A stretch of DNA of 64,000 nucleotides. It comes from a virus. The first letter of the stretch is position 1; every line of letters begins with the position of its first letter. Positions 27,386 through 36,400 of this stretch are shown piece by piece. The notes under the pieces are model-generated. The model did no database searches. It was not told the DNA's origin and was given only the letters and a program-made list of their open reading frames with translations. Where the stretch lies: positions 1 through 64,000 of the IMG/VR virus record IMGVR_UViG_3300023174_000057; one strand, given 5' to 3'. The position numbers and the translations under genes are program-made.

Positions 27386-29866
27386 ATGGCTGCGAAGATC
27401 GCCAAGGCTGACCTCACCCCCGTCCGACAGCGGACCCAGTACACCTGCATGTCCGCGTCGATGTCCATGTGCCTCCAAGCACACGGGCACGGGTGCGACG
27501 AGGACGAGGTGAACCGGGTGATGGGTGCTCGCCCGATGCAGGGTGCGACGTGGGAGCAGGCCCTTGCCTGCGCCCAGCACTACGGGATGCGGGGCACCCT
27601 CACCTCGCCCTGCACCTTCAAGCAACTCAAGGCGTGGACGGACGCAGGAACGCCCGTCATCATCGCGTGGAATCCAGAGGGGCGGGAGTGGTCGCACGCG
27701 AGCGTGGTGTTCGACGTGGACGATGACGAGAACGTCCATGTGGCCGACCCCAACATCCCCGACCCGGAGCAGACCGTGCGGGTGGTGCCCAAGGCCGAGT
27801 TCTACGCCAAGTGGTACGAAAAGTGGCCCAAGTATCTCGTGCGCCGTCCCGCGATGGCCATCGAGCGAGAAATCACCCAAGACGGGAGACAAGTGATGGC
27901 AGCGGATTTCATGGCGGGCAAGAAGGAGCTACGGTCGCAGAAGGACAAGGGCATGGCCCGGTTCCTCAAGCAGGGTCCGGTGCGGCCCACGGAGAAGTCC
28001 GACGCCGCCAAGGCGATGTCCAAGGCTCACTGGGAGGCCCTCAAGAGCGAGGGCCGTGCAGGGCTCCCCGGCGCGGGCGGCGGCGCGGGCTACCACAAGG
28101 ACAAGTCCCAGTACGACCGGGGACACGGCAAGAGCGTCGAGCGCGAAGCTGGCTCCCTCACCCAGCCTCTCATGACCCGCCGTGACTACGGTGCCGTCAC
28201 GGCCAGCGACTACGCTAGCATCCTCAAGTACGCCGTGGACCTCCCCGCCGACGTGGAGCGGTACGTCGAAGAGGGCACCGATGCGGGGATGCCTGAAGAC
28301 AAGGCGTGGGCCGTCGCATGGTCGCGGTACTGCAAGTACAAGAACCCCGAAAGCGAGCACTGTCAGATGAACAAGTCAGAGTATTTCCCCGGTCGCAAGG
28401 CCAAGTTCGAGCGCGGCGTGTCCATGACCGTGGACGAGGTGGCCGAAGTCGTCGGCCCCGAGTTCAAGGAGATGAACGAAGACCCGCCCGAGTCCGTGAA
28501 GAAAGTGATGGAGGGGATGCAGGGAAAGACGGCCCGCCGTTCGCCCCTCCTCGCGATGGAGCAGTTCGCGGATATGCTCCGGGACGGCAAGTTCGAGGAG
28601 GGCGTTCCCGCCGACCCCACCGAGAACATGAGCCCCGAGGACGCCGCCGAGTGGGAGCGTCAGACCGAGGAGCACAAGGACGAGTTCAAGACCGCTGACC
28701 TCGAAGCGGTGCTCCACCGGGACGGTGAGAACAACGCCATTGTGGAGCAGTTCTTCCACAAGTCCGCAGACGTGTCCGACCTCTGGGTGGGCTGGATCGA
28801 GGATCCCGAGGGCTACATGGCCCGGTTCATCCCGCCGACCCCGAGGGGGGCCGTGAAGCGCCAGATCCTGAAGGCCGTGAACGATGTCGGCGTGGACCTC
28901 GACTGGACAGTGATGCAGGCTGGGAAGGCTCTCAAGACCAACCTCGACCCGAACTCCATCTCCCCGACGTGGTTCTCGAAGCTCCCGTACGAGGACAAGG
29001 GCGCACTCAGGGCATTCCTGGACATGGCACCGGGCCGCACGGCTGGCAAGGTCGCTGCCTGGGTCGAGAAGGATGACGCAAAAGGTCATCGCTGGATGAT
29101 GGACGCAACCGGCACGACCACGCTGGATGCCGCCCACATCAATGAGATCCCTGGTCCGGGGGTCCCCCTCTACATCCTGAAGTTCATCCTGAAGGATGGG
29201 ACGGCGATGAAGGACCGCAAGAACTACAAGAGCCTCAAGGATGCCCAGAAGGCGGCGCAGCAGTGGTTCACCGCTGATGCCCGCGGTGACAGCCTTGTGT
29301 TTCAAGGGTTCTCGAAGCTCGCTGCAACGGGCCTCTACGGGTTCACGAAGGAGACCGAGGGCGCGTGTGGTGCAGGAGTCAACAAGCTCCAGAAGGCGGC
29401 GAAGAAGATCGCTGCGAGCCTGTACGCGAAGGACAACGGATCACCCGCGTTCCTCGCCAAGCACGCATCGAAGGGTGGGAGCAAGACCGCATCCATGCTC
29501 CTCAAGGCCATGGAGTCCCTCGGACCTCTCGCTCAGATCAACAAGACCGCTGGCAAGTCGGGCAACGGCCTGTACGGCTTCAGCGAGAAGACGGCCAAGC
29601 TGGGCCTCGACGCTTGCAGCGCCCTTCACCACGAGGCGGGCGTGATCGCCGCCGATCTGTTCGCCCGCAAGGGTGCTGACCCCGTGAAGGTGGCGGGCTA
29701 CCTCACGGCGAACGCCAAGAAGGGCAAATGCGCGTTCAGCGATTTGCTCGCAGAAGTCGCCCCGGACGTGAATGCGATGGTGATCGGCAAGCTCGCGGCT
29801 GACTTCATGGCGAGTGACGAGACGGCTGACGACGAGTTGGTGGACGACACCCTCGTTGAGCCCTGA
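27386..29866 (+). CDS. peptidase C39-like domain followed by multiple modules separated by K/R-x-A motifs
   Basis: QRTQYTC...HASVV...DPN (Gln/Cys/His/Asp); internal duplicated GLYGF...AxxLxA and KFExGV units. Confidence 0.75.
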   Translation: MAAKIAKADLTPVRQRTQYTCMSASMSMCLQAHGHGCDEDEVNRVMGARPMQGATWEQALACAQHYGMRGTLTSPCTFKQLKAWTDAGTPVIIAWNPEGREWSHASVVFDVDDDENVHVADPNIPDPEQTVRVVPKAEFYAKWYEKWPKYLVRRPAMAIEREITQDGRQVMAADFMAGKKELRSQKDKGMARFLKQGPVRPTEKSDAAKAMSKAHWEALKSEGRAGLPGAGGGAGYHKDKSQYDRGHGKSVEREAGSLTQPLMTRRDYGAVTASDYASILKYAVDLPADVERYVEEGTDAGMPEDKAWAVAWSRYCKYKNPESEHCQMNKSEYFPGRKAKFERGVSMTVDEVAEVVGPEFKEMNEDPPESVKKVMEGMQGKTARRSPLLAMEQFADMLRDGKFEEGVPADPTENMSPEDAAEWERQTEEHKDEFKTADLEAVLHRDGENNAIVEQFFHKSADVSDLWVGWIEDPEGYMARFIPPTPRGAVKRQILKAVNDVGVDLDWTVMQAGKALKTNLDPNSISPTWFSKLPYEDKGALRAFLDMAPGRTAGKVAAWVEKDDAKGHRWMMDATGTTTLDAAHINEIPGPGVPLYILKFILKDGTAMKDRKNYKSLKDAQKAAQQWFTADARGDSLVFQGFSKLAATGLYGFTKETEGACGAGVNKLQKAAKKIAASLYAKDNGSPAFLAKHASKGGSKTASMLLKAMESLGPLAQINKTAGKSGNGLYGFSEKTAKLGLDACSALHHEAGVIAADLFARKGADPVKVAGYLTANAKKGKCAFSDLLAEVAPDVNAMVIGKLAADFMASDETADDELVDDTLVEP

Positions 29867-29869
29867 CCG

Positions 29870-30175
29870 TCAGTTCGCGACCACGTCGCGATCCCATTCG
29901 GGCTTGGGCGCACCCTTCCAGACCTCGACCCCTCTCTCGTAGCCGAGATCGTAGTCCACGCTCTTCCCCACGGGGAGGTGCGGGTCTCGGCCCATTTTCT
30001 CACGGCCCATGATGTACCCCGTGGCGAACGCAGCCTTGTCGCCGCACGGGCTGGGGACGCGAGGCCATCGCAGACGGTTGGCCTCCATCGTGAGGATGGT
30101 GGAAGTGTCGTCATCCCCCAGAAAGCTGGGGTCGCGCAGCGCAGCGAGTTGGAACAGGATCAGATAGGGGTCCAT
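29870..30175 (-). CDS. hypothetical protein
   Basis: ORF with GAGG SD. Confidence 0.55.
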   Translation of the reverse strand: MDPYLILFQLAALRDPSFLGDDDTSTILTMEANRLRWPRVPSPCGDKAAFATGYIMGREKMGRDPHLPVGKSVDYDLGYERGVEVWKGAPKPEWDRDVVAN

Positions 30176-30357
30176 GTCAGTTCCTCGGTGTCACGGCTCG
30201 CACCGGAACACCCAGTATAAGAACGCGAAAAAGGCAGGAAAGAGGATGGGGGCCAGACGCACCTCCCACTGTTCCGATGGTGAGAGGTCATCCCAGCTAG
30301 GCAGGGGTTCTTCGGGTTCTGACATACCTCTCCTTTACGCTCTCGTAGGGTAACAGC

Positions 30358-32805
30358 ATGACCAAGGTCGCGAACCACGAGATCCGCTCGGCCATGAGCT
30401 CGGCCTCGGCCACGAACCCCTCCACCAACTGGGCGTCGCTGGCCATCAGTGTCGCGCGCGTGAAGGAGGTCCAGTACGAGGAGATGAAGGTCACCCTCGT
30501 CATTCTCCAAGGCGAGGCGCAGGTGTCCGAGTACACGGGCGTGGACATCACCGTCCCCAGCGGCGGGAAGCGACACTTCTTTGGCGCGGTGCCAGAGCGC
30601 GGTGACATCTGCTACGTCGGGTGGGCGGCGCGGGAGAGCGCGGGTACGGCCAGCGCGAAGTCCCCGGTGATCCTTGGGTGGGTGCCCTCTGCACAATGGA
30701 TGGGCCACGAGTGGATTCCGTACCAAGCGATGTCTCGGGGCGAGAACATGGACACGGTGCGAGACCGCACGGTGGCCTCTGGAACCTTTGAGCGGGTGCG
30801 CTTCAAGGTGCGCCACCTTGCTCCCGGCAACGTGCTTGCGAGCTCGTCGCAGGGCAGTGACTTGGTGCTGGACGAGGGGGTGCTCCTCACCAACCGCCGT
30901 GGCAACGAGGTCCGTCTCCGAGACAGTGACCAAGCCCTCATCACCCGGTCGCTCCAGACGTATCAGTCAGTGGCGGGAGCCCGGGTCTACTCTGGGATGG
31001 TCCACCGGGAGGCGCGACTGCTCCCCAGCACCCTGTTCAGCGACGGGAAGGATTGGGCCACCTCGCCACAGATGGCGACGGACACCACCCCGCGCAACGC
31101 GGATGCGCTCGGTGACTCCATCTACCAAGACGGCTTCCTCACGCCGGGGCAGATCTTCACACGCACGAGCGCCGACGTGGAGTCTGAGTTCGTGCAGGAC
31201 CGCGACGGCTCGGTTCCCGCCCGGATCGACCCGTTCGTGTTCCTCCAGTGGGGCGGGCTGATCGACACGGCGGGCTACCGCACGGAAGATGGCTTCCCCG
31301 GAGGTCTGTCCAACACGGTGTACGGCGGCAAGGCGATGTACCGGGTGGGCCTCAAGCCCGATGGCACGCTGGACAACGCCATCGCCCGCTCCACGAACAT
31401 CAACACCCCGCCCGTCGAGTCCCTCACAGAGTACCGGATCGAGGTGACACATACCAGTGATGGGACACTTCCGGTGTCGGAGCAGACGGACGGGTTCGAC
31501 AGTGAGAGGCTCCCGACCTCGGCACCGACTTCTGGCAGTCCCCTTGGGCAGGGGAAGCAGCCATTCTTGGAATGGGTGATGGGGTCGGTGGTCGGCAACG
31601 ACCCGTACAGCTTCAACGGTCGGCCTCTCTACGGCGTCCCGCTCAAACCCCAAGTCCGTGACGCCTCTGGGAATGTCTCCCCCGCGATGGTGTCGGCGCT
31701 GACATCACCGCTGAAGGACCACGCCGCCACCCTGTTCCGGGTGATCTCTCAGGTGCCCGGTCCCAATGGGACTACCTCGTCGAGCTTCACCAGCTTCACC
31801 AAGGACGGGCGCTTCAAGGCGTACCTCGCGGGGACTCCCGTCAGCGCAGAGGTGGCCACGGAGGGTGACCTTGCGCTCACCGTGGGCGGGGTGCTCAACC
31901 TCAACCTCACCGGGGGCATCTCGATCAACGGCGCGTCCGGGCCGGGGAACGTCGGGCTCGCCCTTGGGAGCGCGACGGGTGCCGTGGTGATTTCTGGCGG
32001 CGGACCCCTCAACGCCAACGCCGCCGCCCAAGCAGCCGCACCCAACAACCTCAACCCCAACAACCCCAGCGTGGTGGTGGATGGCTCACAGGGCGTGGCC
32101 GTGCGGTCTGACGCCAACGTCAACATCTCGGCCACGCAGTCGGTGAGCATCTCCAACACGGGCGCGGCGACCATCGACGCCCAGAACCAAGTGGCGATCC
32201 GCTCGGGCGGGAACGTCACCATGACGGCCTCGACGCACAACGTCGTCGTGACGGGCGCGGAGACGGTCAACTACAGCGGCCCAGAGAATGGCAACCCCGC
32301 CAGCGGGCCGTCCCGACAGGTGACGTTCTCCAGCACCCCGGCGACGGGGAACGTCGGCGGCACGGTGGACCGATACCGCATGGTGTACGGGGACCGGGTT
32401 GAAGAATTTCAGACCACGGGAAACCACACCACCAGCATCATCGGGCAGGGCAACCTCACCTACGAGACCAACCTCGGGCGGTTCCGGGCGCGGGCGGGCA
32501 CCAACCAGATAGACGTAGACTCTGCCAGCGGCATCACGGCCACGGCAGCGGTCGGGAACGTCTCGGTCACCGCCAACGTCGGCGGGGTGTCCTTCACTGG
32601 GCAGACGGATGCCTCGCTCCGGGCCATCACGGGCACCGCCACGGTGGCGGGCGCGACGGGCGTGCGGCTCGTCTCCCCGCAGGGATCTCCCGCCACGTCG
32701 TCACCGCTCGCGTACATCCTGTGCGGGGGGGACACCGACCCGCTCACGGGCATCCCCTACTCGACCTTCATGGTCCCTCGGGGGCAGAAGCTCGCGACGG
32801 TGTGA
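30358..32805 (+). CDS. baseplate hub/spike (Gp5/VgrG-like) protein
   Basis: N-terminal OB-like part (PERGDICYVGW), long beta-helix-like Asn/Thr/Gly C-terminus, C-terminal DPLTG. Confidence 0.6.
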   Translation: MTKVANHEIRSAMSSASATNPSTNWASLAISVARVKEVQYEEMKVTLVILQGEAQVSEYTGVDITVPSGGKRHFFGAVPERGDICYVGWAARESAGTASAKSPVILGWVPSAQWMGHEWIPYQAMSRGENMDTVRDRTVASGTFERVRFKVRHLAPGNVLASSSQGSDLVLDEGVLLTNRRGNEVRLRDSDQALITRSLQTYQSVAGARVYSGMVHREARLLPSTLFSDGKDWATSPQMATDTTPRNADALGDSIYQDGFLTPGQIFTRTSADVESEFVQDRDGSVPARIDPFVFLQWGGLIDTAGYRTEDGFPGGLSNTVYGGKAMYRVGLKPDGTLDNAIARSTNINTPPVESLTEYRIEVTHTSDGTLPVSEQTDGFDSERLPTSAPTSGSPLGQGKQPFLEWVMGSVVGNDPYSFNGRPLYGVPLKPQVRDASGNVSPAMVSALTSPLKDHAATLFRVISQVPGPNGTTSSSFTSFTKDGRFKAYLAGTPVSAEVATEGDLALTVGGVLNLNLTGGISINGASGPGNVGLALGSATGAVVISGGGPLNANAAAQAAAPNNLNPNNPSVVVDGSQGVAVRSDANVNISATQSVSISNTGAATIDAQNQVAIRSGGNVTMTASTHNVVVTGAETVNYSGPENGNPASGPSRQVTFSSTPATGNVGGTVDRYRMVYGDRVEEFQTTGNHTTSIIGQGNLTYETNLGRFRARAGTNQIDVDSASGITATAAVGNVSVTANVGGVSFTGQTDASLRAITGTATVAGATGVRLVSPQGSPATSSPLAYILCGGDTDPLTGIPYSTFMVPRGQKLATV

Positions 32806-32837
32806 CGCCTATAGGGTTGCACCTGTAGAGGTGCCTC

Positions 32838-33635
32838 ATGTCCATCGTGTTGAACGGCGAGAAGGTCGCTACCCCGGGTCTGGAAACCGTCTCGTGGCTC
32901 GACGACCCGAAGGTCCCGAAGACCACGGACGTGAACCCGCGCACGCAGTGGCTCAGGGCCATTGTGATGCACACGGTCCACGGGAAGACGGGAAAGCTCC
33001 TGCCCGGGCTTTCCAAGCCCAGCACCCGTGCGGAGAGCTACGCCAAGTACCAAGCGAGCACCAGCCGTGACGTTTCGTGGGACTACACCATCGACACGGA
33101 CGGAACCATCGTGGCCTCCAACGACCCGGTGAAGTTCTACACATGGCAAGCCACGTCGGTGAACCCGTTCACCCTCGGGATCGAGCTCGTGCAGGAGGAC
33201 AACGGCGACCTGTACGAAGGGCAGATCGCCGTGGCCGTGCAGTTCTTGGACGTGCTCACCCGCGAGCTCGCGGACCGTGGTCACCCGATCCAGCGTCAGG
33301 TGCCCATGACCGCCGATGGCAAGCCCGTGAAGGGGATCGTGAAGCGCATCGAGGACTCGTCCCAAGCCAAGAACTTCTCTGGTGTGGTGGGCCATCGCAA
33401 TCAGACGACGAACCGTGGACCCGGCGATCCCGGAGATCACATCTTCAACGCGCTACTGAAGGCCGGGTACAAGGGATTCAACCTCGACACGAACGACGAC
33501 GTGGTTTTCTGGAAGGACATCCAGACCCGTCTGGGCGTTACCCCGGCTGATGGGATTCCCGGCAGGGCTACGCAAGCGGCTTTGTTGAAAGCCGGGTACA
33601 AGCACGGGTTGTGGGTTTCTAGGCCGGGGGACTGA
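32838..33635 (+). CDS. N-acetylmuramoyl-L-alanine amidase (endolysin-like) with PG-binding C-terminus
   Basis: IVMHT, SWDYTID, GIEL, VGHR...GDPG; IQTRLG...DGIPGRATQAAL. Confidence 0.8.
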   Translation: MSIVLNGEKVATPGLETVSWLDDPKVPKTTDVNPRTQWLRAIVMHTVHGKTGKLLPGLSKPSTRAESYAKYQASTSRDVSWDYTIDTDGTIVASNDPVKFYTWQATSVNPFTLGIELVQEDNGDLYEGQIAVAVQFLDVLTRELADRGHPIQRQVPMTADGKPVKGIVKRIEDSSQAKNFSGVVGHRNQTTNRGPGDPGDHIFNALLKAGYKGFNLDTNDDVVFWKDIQTRLGVTPADGIPGRATQAALLKAGYKHGLWVSRPGD

Positions 33636-33684
33636 AAAATCAGCGCGTCCCTTCTCGCACGAACGCCCCGGTGACTGATCCCGG

Positions 33685-34263
33685 TCAGTCGTCCTCGCGA
33701 CTGTAATCGGTCGGCGTCCCTCGGGCGGCGAGCGCCCGGTAGAACACCTCTCGGCAGTCGAGGGCGTCTTGGAGGGCCGTGTGGGCAACCTCCCGCGACA
33801 GGCCCAGATGATCCCGAAGGCTGTCCAGCGAGAGCTTGAGGTTCCCGTCCAGCCCCCACGCCATGTACGCCACCGTGGTGGTGTCGATGGTGCGGTGGGA
33901 GATCTTGGGCTCCACGCCCGCGCGCTTCAGTTCCGCCGCGATGAACCCCGTGTCGAACTTCGGGTTGTGACCGATGAGGGTCCCGCCCTTGAGGTGCTCG
34001 ACCAGTTCCCCGGCGATGGCGCTGAAGGGCGTGGCGTTCGCCCACGCTTCGGGTGTGTACCCGTTGACCTTCAACGCGACGGGTTCAGCCGTCTCGATGT
34101 GCTGCGGGGCGACCTTCCGTGACCACATGAGAGTGATCTTCCCCGGCCCCGTGTACGGGTACTCGACCTCTTCGCGCACGATGGCGACCTCGATCACCTC
34201 GTTGACGGTGGGGTCGAGCCCGGTGGTCTCGGTGTCGAGGTAGATGCGGACAATGGGCTCCAT
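33685..34263 (-). CDS. DEDDh 3'-5' exonuclease (DnaQ-like)
   Basis: LDTETTG, GHNPKFD, HTALQDA. Confidence 0.9.
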   Translation of the reverse strand: MEPIVRIYLDTETTGLDPTVNEVIEVAIVREEVEYPYTGPGKITLMWSRKVAPQHIETAEPVALKVNGYTPEAWANATPFSAIAGELVEHLKGGTLIGHNPKFDTGFIAAELKRAGVEPKISHRTIDTTTVAYMAWGLDGNLKLSLDSLRDHLGLSREVAHTALQDALDCREVFYRALAARGTPTDYSREDD

Positions 34264-34349
34264 CAGTCTCTCCACGGAGTGATGTGCTGGTGTGTAACCA
34301 GCACCCTGTCGGTTCCCTGCCTATGCCCCACGGTTGGCAAGGAGCCACT

Positions 34350-34715
34350 ATGTCTGTAAATCCTCGTAGGGTCGTCGCACGTTACCTATCCGCAGCCGCC
34401 CGCCTCGATCAGAAGGTGCGGTCCACCGCGAACATGGCCCTCATCAAAGCGGGGATGGACGGCAACGGGCGTTTCCGCTCGCCGGGGATGGCCCTTTCCC
34501 GCATCAGCGAAGTTCTCGCGGATCACGGGATCGAGTGGGGGCAGGTGATCCAGAGCTTCCCGCTGAAGCAGCCGCAGGGGCGGATGGTGATCGACCTCGC
34601 CCTGTCGAACCCAGCCGACTCGTTCAGTCCCACGGACCTCGACGGCACGGTGCTGGCGTTCCAGTGGTACCAGTTGGCCGACGACAAGTACGAGATCGTC
34701 GCCTACCTGAGCTAG
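34350..34715 (+). CDS. hypothetical late protein
   Basis: Class II motif plus AAGGAG; N-terminus RRVVARYLSAA. Confidence 0.7.
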   Translation: MSVNPRRVVARYLSAAARLDQKVRSTANMALIKAGMDGNGRFRSPGMALSRISEVLADHGIEWGQVIQSFPLKQPQGRMVIDLALSNPADSFSPTDLDGTVLAFQWYQLADDKYEIVAYLS

Positions 34716-34897
34716 ACGATCTCGACCTTCACGACCCACGATGTGTTGAAGATGTGGGGTCCGTCCTTGATCAGCACGTCCCTCTGCGCGTCGGTGAGGG
34801 TCTCCCAATCATACGATTGGATCTCCTCGATGGCATTGACGCACGCCTTCACGGACTCCCGGTTGACCTTGGGGTGCTTGGCCTTGGGGATCAGCAC
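34712..34897 (-). CDS. hypothetical protein (start uncertain)
   Basis: ORF downstream of the mini-gene array. Confidence 0.45.
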   Translation of the reverse strand: MLIPKAKHPKVNRESVKACVNAIEEIQSYDWETLTDAQRDVLIKDGPHIFNTSWVVKVEIV

Positions 34898-34972
34898 GTC
34901 GCAGACCTTGCGGAACTTGGGGCTGGGCTTGTCCGTAAAAGGCAGCGGGGTTCGTGGGAGTCACGTCCGGGA

Positions 34973-35146
34973 TCATCGCGGTTCCCTTCCCCGCAACGCG
35001 CACCGAAACCCCAAGTCGCCGCCACGGCTCGCAGGCACGCCCGAGTCGCGAGACGCGGCACGCACCCACGACGGCTCGCTGTGGTACCAACTGCCGCCGC
35101 TAACGACGCGGAGACGGTTGTTGGAGGGCTTGAAGGGGGGGTTCAT
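34973..35146 (-). CDS. FGE/CLec C-terminal-segment mini-protein 9 (57 aa)
   Basis: RVVSGGSWYHSEPSWVRAASRDSGVPASRGGDLGFRCALRGREPR; ATGA overlap. Confidence 0.8.
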   Translation of the reverse strand: MNPPFKPSNNRLRVVSGGSWYHSEPSWVRAASRDSGVPASRGGDLGFRCALRGREPR

Positions 35147-35304
35147 ACTCGGGGTTGCCTTACTGGCAGGTGGGTACGGAACCCCAGACTGCCGCCCCGG
35201 ATCGCAGGCCCGCGCGCGTCGCGAGACGCGACGGGCACCCAAGACGGTCCGCCGCTGTACCAAGACCCGCCACGAATCACGCGAAGCCGGTTGCCGATCC
35301 TCAC
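35143..35304 (-). CDS. FGE/CLec C-terminal-segment mini-protein 8 (53 aa)
   Basis: RVIRGGSWYSGGPSWVPVASRDARGPAIRGGSLGFRTHLPVRQPRV; GTGA overlap. Confidence 0.8.
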   Translation of the reverse strand: MRIGNRLRVIRGGSWYSGGPSWVPVASRDARGPAIRGGSLGFRTHLPVRQPRV

Positions 35305-35474
35305 AGCGTCACCTCGTAGGGGTGGATTTGGATGTAATCGTAGTCGTCGATTCGACCGCGCGAGTCCACGCGGAGGGTTTGGACGTAGGCGTTCGCCCCC
35401 TCCTCCGTGGCGAACACGCCAAGGATGAAACGGTCCCCGTGGACCCAACCCGCCGTTACGATCCAGACGGTCAT
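35301..35474 (-). CDS. small hypothetical protein
   Basis: MTVWIV...ILGVFATEEGA; GGGCGTAA motif upstream. Confidence 0.6.
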   Translation of the reverse strand: MTVWIVTAGWVHGDRFILGVFATEEGANAYVQTLRVDSRGRIDDYDYIQIHPYEVTL

Positions 35475-35482
35475 GCGGGCGA

Positions 35483-36211
35483 TTACGCCCGGAGGCCGCG
35501 CAGCACAGCGGTGATCTGCTTGGCGGTGATCCCGTGGGCGGCACACAGGGTGTCGAGGCTCTCCCCGGCGAGGAGCCCGTCGATCACGGGGACCATGTGG
35601 GGTTGACCGATCCGGGCGAGATGGCGGCGCACCATGTCCACCCGGGATTTGCGGTCGAGCGCGTCGTCCGGTGACGCCTCCGCAGGGTCATGGTAGTCGG
35701 GGTCCATCCCTTCACGGGGGACCTCACGAACGGCGGCGGGGTGGACCACGGGGCGGAACGCTTTGCCCCGCTGGACCTCACGGGCCGTCTTCAGCCCGCG
35801 CGTGGCGCGGAGCGCGCCGTCCGTTGCCCAACGACGGAGCTCGGTGCTTGCGCTCTGGTACGCCCAGACGCGGAGCACGGACATCTGGACAGGCTTGCCG
35901 CCCTTGAGGAAGGGGGCGAGGGTGTCCTTCTCGATCAACCGGGCGAGGAAGGTCTGGACGTGATCCTCGATCACGTTGAGATCCCTCGACCGCGCCATCT
36001 TGGTCGAAAGGTGCGCCACGAGGATCTGGAACACCTTTGCGTTCCGCTCCAACCACCGGGCAGTGTAGTTGACCTCAGTCTCGTTGACCGCCTCGCGAAC
36101 GGCCACGGCCAGTGGTGTCTCCGACCCCGCGAAGGAGACTACCGCCTCATCACCCGCGACAACCGCACGGGCGGCGGCAAGCGCCGCTGATCCCCCTGCC
36201 AACTTGTCCAT
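35483..36211 (-). CDS. divergent sigma-factor-like protein
   Basis: IEDHVQTF...WAYQSASTELRR (region-2-like) and C-terminal HTH-like segment. Confidence 0.5.
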   Translation of the reverse strand: MDKLAGGSAALAAARAVVAGDEAVVSFAGSETPLAVAVREAVNETEVNYTARWLERNAKVFQILVAHLSTKMARSRDLNVIEDHVQTFLARLIEKDTLAPFLKGGKPVQMSVLRVWAYQSASTELRRWATDGALRATRGLKTAREVQRGKAFRPVVHPAAVREVPREGMDPDYHDPAEASPDDALDRKSRVDMVRRHLARIGQPHMVPVIDGLLAGESLDTLCAAHGITAKQITAVLRGLRA

Positions 36212-36400
36212 TCTCAGAGCTCCTGTGGTGTCCCGTGAGGTCTAAGACCCTTGGGTTACGAGCGATGGGTATACACCCACGGGGGACGGGGCGCAAGACA
36301 AATCCGTTACGCCCTCTCCACGGAGCGGGGGGCGGGATTGTAACCGGGTTCGTTGGTCGTGTTATAGCGCCCTCGGGGTGTACCCCTCACGAGGAAGCGC

